Below, one piece after another: positions 19,777 through 29,124 of a DNA stretch of 64,000 nt (positions are counted from its first letter, which is position 1; the number at the start of each line of letters is the position of its first letter). The position numbers and the translations under genes were made by a program. The notes below the pieces were generated by a model. It had not been told where the DNA came from. It was given only the letters and a program-made list of their open reading frames with translations, and did no database searches. Origin of the DNA: Gemmatimonas sp. (GTDB lineage Bacteria > Gemmatimonadota > Gemmatimonadetes > Gemmatimonadales > Gemmatimonadaceae); assembly GCA_965279375.1 (NCBI GenBank), contig OZ257156.1, positions 4,160,001 to 4,224,000 on the forward strand. Reading direction: 5' to 3'.

Positions 19777-22587
19777 TTACGGATCGCACCCCGGCGGGAT
19801 GTTTGCCGTGAGGAACCACGCATCCAGTCCGTTGAACGCCCCTGCACCGTTTGTATTGATGCGCGCCCCACGTTGGCGGATAGGATCGGGAGTCCACGAT
19901 GTGCGCGCGCTCCCGGAGAAGTCTGCGCCCGCGGTGCCAATGGCTTCCGACAGCGTCGCACTGAACACGTCCGAGTTTGGCGACACGGTCCCGCGAAAGC
20001 GCGCTCGACATTCCATGCGTTGCTGCGTCGCGTTGTACGTCGAGAACGACAGGAAGACATCCGTGCCGCTTTGCGCGACGCGCCAGAGCGAAATGGGAAA
20101 TCCGGTGGGATGGAGTCCTTGCGTCCACCCGCCGACGAAGTCGTAGATCGTGGTGGTGCCGGGAGCGACGCTGCTCCGGCCGTTGGAGTGAACGCCGATG
20201 CAGTCCGTGCCGGTGTACGTCGACGCGATGCTGCGGTTGGCAATCGTGAAGGTCGCGGTGCCGCTCAACACACCGCTGCAGGGCGAGAACTGATTGAGCG
20301 TAAAGTTCAGCAATTGTTGTCCCACCAGCGTCGCCGACACCGAGCCGCGCGGCCCGTTGAACTGCATCACCTCGTACGTGCCGGTAACTCCGTTCTGGTT
20401 CTGCGTCAGTCGCACGTTGAAGGGCACGTCAACGGGAAGATTGAAACCGGTCGGCGTACGGATGATGCTCGAGAATCGACCGGTGTAGCTGCCGCTGACA
20501 TCGAGCGACGTCCGGTTGAACGCCTGCTGTCCGCACACATCAGTTGCCCCGGCGATGGTGAGACACGCAAGCACGTTGACCTGGAAGCTCGTGTTGCCTG
20601 TCGCAGTCACTGCCACGGTGAACGCGCCCTGTGCATTGCTGTTGGCCGGTGACGGCTTGGCGAAGGACACGCTTGGCTTGTCGCCGGAGAACGTGAGGGT
20701 GACGGGCTGCGGCGTGGTGGTACCCGTGCCGAGCTGGAGTCCAAAGACGACGTCGAGATCATTCGGGAACCCGCTCTGCACCGGATCGGTGAAGTTGCTG
20801 GAGATGGTTCGCACCTGCCCGCAGAGCGACGTCAACACGCTGCTGCGACTCAAGTTGCCGGAGGCGACGCCGAGCGTTTGCGCCTGCACCTGCCAGAAGA
20901 GGACGTTCAGCATGGCAGTGAGACTCTGCTGCGCAGAGCAGAGCTGGTTGTTCTGTTGAACTGCCGCTTGGAGCTTTGGCGCGACCGCGGCTAACCACTG
21001 GTTGCGACGGGAGACGAGCGCCGGGTCGTTGAGCGAAAAGGCCGGCGGACCATAGACGGCGATGGCGGTGACTGACCACTGGTCGTACTCTGCCAATGCC
21101 TGGACGAGCGCCAGATCGGTCGTGGTGGCCTGCAGCATTGGGAGCACGCCAGAGTCGAACCACCCAAGCAGTGCCGCGAGCATCGCTGGGCCCGTGTTGG
21201 GCGCCGCGGCCAACTGCAGGTTGGTATACGCGTCGACGAACCCCTGCGCCGTGTTCGAGCGGGCAAGACCGGGCTGGAGCGACGCGACGTCTTGCAGCGT
21301 ACCGAAGGCCGCGCCAGCTCCCGTGAAGTGCGAGACGGACACGACCACCTCGGTGGAGCGCGATGCCGCGAGTTCGCGCGTCACCTTCGTGCCGTCATCA
21401 TTCATGCTGAACCCCGCGAGCACCAATCCGCTGCGCGCCGGCGCGACGACACTCATGCGAAGCAGTGCGGCCTTCGCGAACTGCAAGCCCGTCGGCTGCA
21501 GATCCGCCGCTGCCACCAAGCCACCGGACAACGGCAAATTGCCGACCGTCGTCATCGGCGTCATGCGAATCGACACCGCTGTGGGCAGCGCACCTGCCGG
21601 CACCTCCAATCGGTACGTGATGCCGCCCGCTGACGTCGTCAGCACGCCGCCGTTGGGTCCGATAGACTGCGTGGTCGCTGCCGCTGTATTCAGCGTCGTT
21701 GTCGCCGGCGTGCGCACGACGATCACCGCAGTGGCCACCCGCCCTTCCACGGTTGCCGTGATGTCGGCTGAGCCACTCCCCACAGCCGTCACCACGCCGC
21801 TCTGACTCACTGTCGCCACCGTCGGCGCGCGCGACGCCCACGCGACAGTCTTTCCCGTGGCGGTCGTGCTGTCGCTGAACTTAATGGTTGGCACAAGCGT
21901 CAGCGTCTCGTTCGGGTTGAGCGTGCGGACGGCGACGTTGAGCGCGATCGATGCAACTCGCCGCGCGACCGTGACCGCGGCGGTTCCAGTCGTGCCGCCG
22001 ATCGTTGCCGAAATGTTGGCGGTCCCGGCCGAGAGCGCCGTCACGCGGCCTGTGCTGGACACGCTCGCCACGGCGGGCGCACTCGACGACCACGTCGCAG
22101 CGCGAGCGCCGCTGCTGCCATTCGAGAAGGTCGCCGTCGCTACGGCGTCCACCGCATCCCCTTCGACGAGTGCCGCACTCACCGGCGCGATGGCCACCGA
22201 CGACACGCCAAGCACGGAGATGTTCGCCGTGGCGCTTCGGCCGCCGACGGTCACCGTAATGATCGCACTACCGGACGCCACCGCGACCACGTTGCCGTCC
22301 GCGCTCACCGTCGCCACCGCCGGTGCGCTCGACGTCCACGCGGGTGTGAACGCCGTTGTGTTTGCACCGTCTGATGTCGTAACGGCCAGCGCAAGCTTGA
22401 CCGACTCGCCGACGATCAGCGACGAACTCGCGGGCGCGATACCGACGGAGGTGATCGACACCGGCGGTACGACTGGCGTCACGGGCGCCGCAGGATCGCC
22501 GCCACCGCCGCCGCAGCGAACGACACCGAAGGCGAGCATGCAGAACGCGGTGGCTTGGCGGCGAAAGCGAGATCGGGTCATCGGCAT
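19777..22587 (-). CDS. Large secreted/lipoprotein: 3 Big_2-like Ig repeats, ZU5-like domain, unknown C-terminal region
   Basis: Signal ending in C-GGGG; three W.S.AP.VA.VS..G.V.A...G.A.I..T repeats; IGPNGG..VPAGAL..LQPTGLQF..SHFT. Confidence 0.75.
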   Translation of the reverse strand: MPMTRSRFRRQATAFCMLAFGVVRCGGGGGDPAAPVTPVVPPVSITSVGIAPASSSLIVGESVKLALAVTTSDGANTTAFTPAWTSSAPAVATVSADGNVVAVASGSAIITVTVGGRSATANISVLGVSSVAIAPVSAALVEGDAVDAVATATFSNGSSGARAATWSSSAPAVASVSSTGRVTALSAGTANISATIGGTTGTAAVTVARRVASIALNVAVRTLNPNETLTLVPTIKFSDSTTATGKTVAWASRAPTVATVSQSGVVTAVGSGSADITATVEGRVATAVIVVRTPATTTLNTAAATTQSIGPNGGVLTTSAGGITYRLEVPAGALPTAVSIRMTPMTTVGNLPLSGGLVAAADLQPTGLQFAKAALLRMSVVAPARSGLVLAGFSMNDDGTKVTRELAASRSTEVVVSVSHFTGAGAAFGTLQDVASLQPGLARSNTAQGFVDAYTNLQLAAAPNTGPAMLAALLGWFDSGVLPMLQATTTDLALVQALAEYDQWSVTAIAVYGPPAFSLNDPALVSRRNQWLAAVAPKLQAAVQQNNQLCSAQQSLTAMLNVLFWQVQAQTLGVASGNLSRSSVLTSLCGQVRTISSNFTDPVQSGFPNDLDVVFGLQLGTGTTTPQPVTLTFSGDKPSVSFAKPSPANSNAQGAFTVAVTATGNTSFQVNVLACLTIAGATDVCGQQAFNRTSLDVSGSYTGRFSSIIRTPTGFNLPVDVPFNVRLTQNQNGVTGTYEVMQFNGPRGSVSATLVGQQLLNFTLNQFSPCSGVLSGTATFTIANRSIASTYTGTDCIGVHSNGRSSVAPGTTTIYDFVGGWTQGLHPTGFPISLWRVAQSGTDVFLSFSTYNATQQRMECRARFRGTVSPNSDVFSATLSEAIGTAGADFSGSARTSWTPDPIRQRGARINTNGAGAFNGLDAWFLTANIPPGCDP

Positions 22588-22691
22588 GAAGCGGCGTGGG
22601 AAACCATCGTCGGCGGAATCGCCGTCTCACGCAGGAACGCACGTCGCCTGCCGATCTTCTCACCGAAATACGCACCGTCGCGCAAACGCCA

Positions 22692-22725
22692 CACGGGGCG
22701 AGCCGCTCTCGCGACTCGCCCCGTG
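22692..22725 (-). terminator. Stem-loop downstream of the SusD-like gene
   Basis: CACGGGGCGAGCCGC-tctc-GCGACTCGCCCCGTG. The single mismatch becomes G-U on the minus strand. Confidence 0.6.
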
Positions 22726-22785
22726 GACGACTGCTCTTGTGTCGGTGCCCGCCTTCGCGGACACCAGCCCTGCACCGCGCTTCGC

Positions 22786-24042
22786 TTACTTCGCGAAGTT
22801 CGGGTTGTTGTCACGCTCGGCGCGCGGGATCGGGTAGCAGGTCTGGCTGCCCGTTCCCGGGTAACCGGGCTTGAAGTACGGCTGGCCCGTGGCCGTGATG
22901 TACGACGTGGACGACGGCGAGCGACGGAAGTCGGCGAGACGCTTGCCTTCGAGGTAGAACTCGAACGCGCGCTGATTGTAGAGCTCCGTCTTCACGCTGG
23001 CCGCGTCGGTCGCGCCCGCGTACGCCGCCAGACCGGCCGCCGCACGACGCGCGTTGATGAGCGTCAGCTGCTGCGTGACGTTCGCCGACGCTTCGGCCGC
23101 GATGTAGTCCGCTTCGAGCTTTGACGCGAGACGCATCGACGACGCATAGGCCGGGAACTTACGCTGCTCGTGGAAGCCACCCGGCACTGCATCCTGACCC
23201 TGCAGCGTAGTCACGCCGGGCGCGCGAAACGGCACGCGCGAGTCGGTCGTGCGGAACGCCGGCGCCACGCTGACCGAACCACGGTCGAAGGTGAACTGGA
23301 ACAGGCGGTTCGACAGACGCGTGCGCGAGTTGGCATCGTCCGTGTAGCGCATGTCCATGGTGAAGCCAGCCGGAACGGCCGCAGCATCTGCGCCGGCGCC
23401 GGCCAGGTCACCCTTCTGGAGCTTGGCGCGAGCGCGCCCGACCAGCGCGGCATTGGACAGCGCGATGCCGTCCGTCGAGCCGTTCGCCTTGCCCACATCG
23501 ATGCCGCGCGTGAACCAGAACGACGCGGAATCGAGCAGCTGCGCCGTGGTCAACTCAGCGCCACCCGACAGCGAACCGGAGCAGAAGTCCGTGGCCATCA
23601 TCAGGATGGCGAAGCCACGGTAGGTCGCAGCACGCGCGAGGTTGATGTTCGTCGTCGGCGTCGGGAGCGTGAGATCGAGCACCGTCTTGGCCGACGCGGC
23701 CGCGAGGGAGATCGGGGCCCAGACGTCCGTCTGCAGCGAGCCATTGAGGTCGGAGATGGTGCGGAATCCGAACTCGTTACGCGTCGGGAAGGTGTCCGAC
23801 ACGTTGGCTTCGCCGGTGAACCAGGAGCTGTACATCGCGAGCCAGCCCAACGCGGTGGCGAAGTTCTGCTGGGCCGAGTTGGCGAGCGTGGCGGCACCGG
23901 ACGTCGGATCGACCGTGGCGGCGTCGATCACGTTGGGGTTGGTGACCTTCAGGAATTCATCGGAGCAAGCGGTGACGCCAAGCAGGAGCGTGGTGCCCGC
24001 TACAGTGCGCGTAACCGCGCGGCGGATCGAAATCATGATCAT
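22786..24042 (-). CDS. RagB/SusD-like outer-membrane lipoprotein
   Basis: Lipobox VTAC, NPNVI, EADYIAAEA, INARRAAAGL, RAFEFYLEGKRLADFRR, YPIP..E.DNNPN. Directly follows SusC. Confidence 0.88.
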   Translation of the reverse strand: MIMISIRRAVTRTVAGTTLLLGVTACSDEFLKVTNPNVIDAATVDPTSGAATLANSAQQNFATALGWLAMYSSWFTGEANVSDTFPTRNEFGFRTISDLNGSLQTDVWAPISLAAASAKTVLDLTLPTPTTNINLARAATYRGFAILMMATDFCSGSLSGGAELTTAQLLDSASFWFTRGIDVGKANGSTDGIALSNAALVGRARAKLQKGDLAGAGADAAAVPAGFTMDMRYTDDANSRTRLSNRLFQFTFDRGSVSVAPAFRTTDSRVPFRAPGVTTLQGQDAVPGGFHEQRKFPAYASSMRLASKLEADYIAAEASANVTQQLTLINARRAAAGLAAYAGATDAASVKTELYNQRAFEFYLEGKRLADFRRSPSSTSYITATGQPYFKPGYPGTGSQTCYPIPRAERDNNPNFAK

Positions 24043-24049
24043 CTGGCGG

Positions 24050-27000
24050 TTAGAAGGTGAGATTGAAGCGCAGGACCGTCTTCTGCGGATTCGGCATCGT
24101 GAGGAAGTCTTCGCGCGAGAATGCACCCGCGGCGGAGATCACTTCCGGGTCGAAGCCCGAGTAGTCCGTCCAGAGCTTGACGTTCTGCATCGCGAACGTG
24201 ATGGACGCGGCATCGACACGGCCACCGAGACGCTTCGTCAGCGACGTCGGGATGCTGTACGTCGCCGAGATTTCACGAAGGCGGATGAAGTCACCCTTCT
24301 CGAGGTACGCGTCGCGCACGTCGTTGACGGTGGCGTTGTTGCCCTTGTTCGTGACGAACGCCGGCTGACCAGGGGTCAGGTTGCCGTAGCGACGGAGACG
24401 TTCCGTGGCCGACAGAACCGTCGGGTCGAGGCGGAGGTTCGAGCGGACCAGCTGCGTCTCACGGAAGAACGCCGTGTTGTTGTAGACCACGAAGTCGCGC
24501 TTGGAGTCGAGCAACGCGTTCAGGCGGATGTTCTTGAAGAGCGTCACCGTGTTGGTGAGGTTCCACTCGAGCGTCGGGAACAGGTTGCCCACCGGCGCGA
24601 GCGTGTCGCTGACGATGACCTTGTTGTTGGCCACGTCGATCGACTCGATGCGCTTGGAGACCTGCACGCCGAGCTGCTGGCCGACGATCGTCCGACCCGT
24701 GCCGCCGAGGGCGAACGGAAGCACGGTACCGAGCGACGTGAGTTCGTTGTGCAGCGTGTTGGCGCCGGCACGTACGTCCCACTTCAGGTTGGCCGTGTTG
24801 ATGGCGTTCACGTTCACCGCGAGTTCCAAGCCGCTGTTCTCGACCGCGCCGATGTTGGCCAGCGGGTTGGACGAGAAGCCGAGCGACGGCGGAATCGGGC
24901 GAGCGATGATCAGGTCCTTCGTGGTCTTCTTGAAGTACGTCAGTTCAGCAGAGACGCGGTTGTTGAAGAAGCCGGCGTCGAGGCCTGCTTCGAATTCGCT
25001 GCCGCGTTCCGGCTTGAGGTCGGCGTTACCCGGGTTGCCCGGGACAGCGCCTGCACCGGTGGAGCCGGTGATGTTGAACGGCGCGGCCACGAGCGTCGTG
25101 AGCGCGTCGCCCGGGTTCGGCGAACGGCCCGTCGTGCCGTAAGCGGCGCGGAGCCGGAGCGTGTTGACCAAGCCCGCGAGCGGCTGGAAGAAGTCTTCTT
25201 CGGAGATGGCCCAGCTGCCGCCAACCTTCGGCAGCACGAACGCCGGCGCCGTGGCACCGAACGACGAATTCTTGTCGATGCGGACACCCACCTGCAGGAA
25301 GCGCTTGTTCTGGTTGCCGATCTGCAGCTGCGACAGGTACCCGTACTGGCGCTGCTCGGTGAAGCCGCCGCCGCCCGTGGTGGTGGCCGCGGAGCCGACC
25401 GAGTTGTTGCTGTTCGTCACGAAGCCAATGCCCGTCGCGGTCAGGTTGCCGTTACGCGTCGAGATGACCTGCAGACCGAAGGACAGGTTGGTTTCCCACG
25501 CCGCGCCCCAGCCCTTCTTCATGTTGCCCAGGTAGTCGAACGTGTAGCGTTCGGCGTTGCGCGACGTGGAGGCGTTGCTGCCGCCGTCCGTGAGGCCGCC
25601 GTACCAGAGGCTGTCGTTCTTGGGGAAGAAGCTGCGCTGGTCGTCGTTGGCGTAGTCCATGCCCGCAGTGAAGCGGTTGGTGAACCACGACACCGGCACG
25701 TAGTTGGCCGTGATCGACGTCGTCACACGCTTGGTGAGCAGGCGGCGCTGGATCGAGTTGATCGCGTTGTAGTGGCGATTGCTGAACCAGCCATCCTGCG
25801 TCAGCGCGCCGGTCGGCGAGTCGTTGCGCGTGGCCGGGCTGCCGAGCAGCGCGCCACCGAGCCAACCGAAGATGTTGTTGTCGTTGTCCGGCAGGTCGAC
25901 CAAGCTCTGCGTGAGGCCCAATCCAATATCGAAGTTGAGCTTCTGGTTCGCGATGTAGTTGACGTTCGTGCGGACGTTGTAGCGGTTGTAGCGGTTGTTC
26001 GGGAGCGTGCCGGCCGTGTTGTCCGAGCCATACGACAGGTTGTAGCCGTAGTTCTGGCCACCGCCACGTGCGCTCCAATTGATGATGCGATCCTTGCCGT
26101 CACGCAGCGCACCGACGCGCTGGAGCGGGTTGTCGCTGACGAGCGCGTTGAGCGCCTGGCCGCGGCAGAGCGGATTCGTGCTCGTGGGCGCGATGAGCGC
26201 GGCCGTGCAATTGGCGTAGTTGCTGAGCGGCGTGAAGTTGGCGTCGATCGTGCCGCCTTCCAAGCGGAGGTTCTGCTGGAAAGAGCTCGAGCCCGCGCGG
26301 CCCTTCTTGGTGATGATCTGGATCACGCCGGCGCTGGCGTCTGCTCCGTAGAGCGTCGCCGCGGCCGGGCCCTTCACGACTTCAATGCTCTCGATCTCTT
26401 CGGGATTGATGTCGTTCATGCGATCGAACACCTGACCTGACTGGCCAGAGCCGATCGTGCCTTCGTTGATGCGCACGCCGTCGATGAAGAGCAACGGCTG
26501 GTTGGACAGGTTGATGGACGACGCGCCGCGAATACGGATCGTGTTGCCCGTGCCCGCGGTGCCCGACTGCGACGAAAGCGCAACGCCCGGCACGCGCGAC
26601 TGCAGCAGATTCGCCACGCTGCTGATCGGCGCGTCCTTGATGACGTCGGCCGCGGAGACCGAGGCCACGAGCGCGGCCTGCGCCTTACGCTCCTGATTGC
26701 CGGCCGTACCGGTCACGACGAGTTCGGACAGCGTCACGAGGCTCGCGTTCATGCCGATGTTGGCCGTCACCGTCTGTCCCGCCACCACGGTCACCGTGTC
26801 CGACGCCGTCTTGTAGCCGAGCCGGAACGAGGCCACGATTACACGGCCCGGACGCACGTTGTTGAACCGGAAGTCGCCGGCCGTGTTGGACTGCGCCTCA
26901 CCTGCCGCTCCGGACAACACGAGCCGCGCGTCGGCGATCGGCTGCCTGGTGGCTGCGTCGGTCACCTTGCCGACGATCGTTCCCGTCTGCGCCAACACCG

Positions 27001-27073
27001 CGCCGAAGGGAGTGAAGACAAACAGGGCGGCGGCGAGTGAACGCAGCCTCCGCGAACGCGTTCGATTGGTCAT
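24050..27073 (-). CDS. SusC/RagA family TonB-dependent outer-membrane receptor
   Basis: N-terminal carboxypeptidase-regulatory-like domain, IRIRGASS, PLLFIDGV, DINPEEIESIEVVKGPAAATLYG, LKPER..E.E.G, C-terminal F. GGAG RBS upstream of ATG 27073. Confidence 0.95.
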   Translation of the reverse strand: MTNRTRSRRLRSLAAALFVFTPFGAVLAQTGTIVGKVTDAATRQPIADARLVLSGAAGEAQSNTAGDFRFNNVRPGRVIVASFRLGYKTASDTVTVVAGQTVTANIGMNASLVTLSELVVTGTAGNQERKAQAALVASVSAADVIKDAPISSVANLLQSRVPGVALSSQSGTAGTGNTIRIRGASSINLSNQPLLFIDGVRINEGTIGSGQSGQVFDRMNDINPEEIESIEVVKGPAAATLYGADASAGVIQIITKKGRAGSSSFQQNLRLEGGTIDANFTPLSNYANCTAALIAPTSTNPLCRGQALNALVSDNPLQRVGALRDGKDRIINWSARGGGQNYGYNLSYGSDNTAGTLPNNRYNRYNVRTNVNYIANQKLNFDIGLGLTQSLVDLPDNDNNIFGWLGGALLGSPATRNDSPTGALTQDGWFSNRHYNAINSIQRRLLTKRVTTSITANYVPVSWFTNRFTAGMDYANDDQRSFFPKNDSLWYGGLTDGGSNASTSRNAERYTFDYLGNMKKGWGAAWETNLSFGLQVISTRNGNLTATGIGFVTNSNNSVGSAATTTGGGGFTEQRQYGYLSQLQIGNQNKRFLQVGVRIDKNSSFGATAPAFVLPKVGGSWAISEEDFFQPLAGLVNTLRLRAAYGTTGRSPNPGDALTTLVAAPFNITGSTGAGAVPGNPGNADLKPERGSEFEAGLDAGFFNNRVSAELTYFKKTTKDLIIARPIPPSLGFSSNPLANIGAVENSGLELAVNVNAINTANLKWDVRAGANTLHNELTSLGTVLPFALGGTGRTIVGQQLGVQVSKRIESIDVANNKVIVSDTLAPVGNLFPTLEWNLTNTVTLFKNIRLNALLDSKRDFVVYNNTAFFRETQLVRSNLRLDPTVLSATERLRRYGNLTPGQPAFVTNKGNNATVNDVRDAYLEKGDFIRLREISATYSIPTSLTKRLGGRVDAASITFAMQNVKLWTDYSGFDPEVISAAGAFSREDFLTMPNPQKTVLRFNLTF

Positions 27074-27183
27074 CAACGACTCCTGACTACGGATGGGGAG
27101 CGCGGCCCCACCTAGGGGTCGCCGTGTACCGGCAGCGCTGGGAAACTCAGTACTGAGAACCGCACCGGACGGCACAGCATGCG

Positions 27184-27211
27184 AACGTACGCTGTTACCG
27201 ATTCGTGTCAA
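27184..27211 (-). promoter_or_regulatory. Sigma70-type promoter of susCD
   Basis: Minus strand TTGACA-N16-TACGTT about 110 nt upstream of the start. Confidence 0.6.
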
Positions 27212-27353
27212 TAGAAATTCGCCCCTCATCCCAGCAGAATTCCACGTACCAAGGCTCTTTCGCGACTTGTCGCTGCGGATCGCGATTTCCGCGTTACAGC
27301 AGAGCGACGAAGACTGGACTGGAAGAGCTAGTCTGCCGCTCAGTCGTCGTCAC

Positions 27354-29087
27354 TCAGCTCGGCAAGACGCCGGCGAACGGAGCCTCGGCGCCAGCCCGCA
27401 ATGCCGCAATGCGCTCTTCCACGAACGCCACCAACTCGGCCATCGTCTCCGCGTCGAACACGAGTTTGACCCCGGCTGCCGCATACAGCTCGGGCAGCGG
27501 ACGCGTGCCTCCCAGCGCGAGGAAGCGCTTGTAGTTGGCGACTGCTTCCTGCGGGTCGCGCACGGCGTTGCGGAATACCTGCAGCGCACCCAACTGCGCG
27601 ATGCCGTACTCGATGTAGTAGAAGGGCAATTCGAAGATGTGGAGCTGGCGATACCAGCGGGACACGCGCTCCGCGTCGAGACCGCTCCAGTCCACACCGG
27701 CCTCGAACTCGGACCGCAACGACAGCCATTTGGCGTCGCGCGCATCACGGTCACCGCCCTTGGGATCGGTGTAGATCCACGCCTGGAATGCGTCCACGCT
27801 CGCGATGTGCACGAGACTCGCCAGCACATCCTCCAGATGCTCCAGCCACGCGACACGCGCCTGCTCCGGCGTGTAGTAGCCGTCGGGGGCGACGAAGTAC
27901 GGCATGGCCAGCAGCTCCATGCTCATCGACGCCAGCTCCGCCGCCTCGTGTCCCGTGCGACGCTGCCATGTGAACGGCAGTGGATGCGTAGCGAAGTCGT
28001 GGAAGCAGTGCCCTGCTTCGTGCACCAGCGTTTGCACATCGTCCGGCACGCCGACCGCATTCATGAAGATGAACGGACGACCACTGAACGCGAGATCGGT
28101 GCAATAGCCACCAGGCGCCTTCCCAGGACGGCTCTCGAGGTCGAGCAACTTCTCGTCAGCCATGATGCGGAATTTGTCCCCCAGCTCCGCATCCACTCGC
28201 GCAAAGATCGTCTTGGCGCGGTCGACGAAGGTCTCCACGTTGGCAAATGGACGCAGCGGCTCCTTGGTGCCCAGATCGACGGTGACATCCCACGGACGTA
28301 CCGCATCGAGCGCCAACGCTTGCTTGCGATGCTCCATCAGACGCGCGACCGCCGGCGTCACCGCCGTCTTCACGGCGTGATGAAAGCCCGCCACGTCTTC
28401 GGGGGTGTAGTCGAATCGATGCTTGGCTGCGAAACAGAAGCGCTGGTAATCGGAGAATCCGGCTTCCGTCGCGACCGCCGTTCGCAGCGCGTACATCCGA
28501 TCAAAGAGATCGGCGAACTCGGTGCGCTGCGCGAGATATGCCGACGCGCCCAACCTGAAGGCGCGCTCACGCTCCGCACGATCGGACGACTTGAGGTACG
28601 GCTGCAGCTGCGGAATGGTCTTGGCCGTACCGTCCCAGTCGACGCTCAGCCCCCCGGTGATCTTCTGGTACGCCGCGGACAGCTCCTCGATCTGCGCAAA
28701 CCGTTCGACGTTGGCTTCGCGAAAGATCTCGATGTCGCTGCGAAACCGGCGCACGGTCGTGGCCAGATCGGCGCGTGTTGGCGCGAACGCGACCAGACGC
28801 TTGGCGAGCCGTACCTGCGCCTCCTCCATCTTGGGAAACACTTCCATGGAGAACCGAAGGTACGCCTGCTCGGCCACGGCGTTGGCCGTATCCGCCGTGT
28901 AGGCGATCATGGCGCGCGTACCCGCCTCGCCGATCAGCGTGTCGAGGCGCGACCAGGTGGACAACCACGACTCGATCGCCGCTGTGTCGTCAGCGACGTC
29001 AACCGTCGCGAGTTGCTCGTAATATGGGCGCACGTCCTCCCACGTCGCGTCACGAAACGCATCGGGAGCGGCTGGTAATTCGATCAT
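27354..29087 (-). CDS. M3 family oligoendopeptidase
   Basis: RPGKAPGGYC, HEAGH zinc motif, ELASMSME, HIFELPFYYIEY. Confidence 0.93.
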   Translation of the reverse strand: MIELPAAPDAFRDATWEDVRPYYEQLATVDVADDTAAIESWLSTWSRLDTLIGEAGTRAMIAYTADTANAVAEQAYLRFSMEVFPKMEEAQVRLAKRLVAFAPTRADLATTVRRFRSDIEIFREANVERFAQIEELSAAYQKITGGLSVDWDGTAKTIPQLQPYLKSSDRAERERAFRLGASAYLAQRTEFADLFDRMYALRTAVATEAGFSDYQRFCFAAKHRFDYTPEDVAGFHHAVKTAVTPAVARLMEHRKQALALDAVRPWDVTVDLGTKEPLRPFANVETFVDRAKTIFARVDAELGDKFRIMADEKLLDLESRPGKAPGGYCTDLAFSGRPFIFMNAVGVPDDVQTLVHEAGHCFHDFATHPLPFTWQRRTGHEAAELASMSMELLAMPYFVAPDGYYTPEQARVAWLEHLEDVLASLVHIASVDAFQAWIYTDPKGGDRDARDAKWLSLRSEFEAGVDWSGLDAERVSRWYRQLHIFELPFYYIEYGIAQLGALQVFRNAVRDPQEAVANYKRFLALGGTRPLPELYAAAGVKLVFDAETMAELVAFVEERIAALRAGAEAPFAGVLPS

Positions 29088-29124
29088 GAGTCAGGAAAGG
29101 GGGGTCAATGCTGCCGCGACACGA

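Noticed and set aside
23642..26440. 932-aa plus-strand ORF, and similar long antisense ORFs at 9417-11246, 13628-15691, 27093-29078 and 39156-40853
   Set aside because: Antisense shadows of well-supported genes, expected from high-GC codon bias. They carry no recognisable motifs.
27074..27350. Cobalamin or TPP riboswitch upstream of SusC
   Set aside because: No B12-box or TPP core consensus found.
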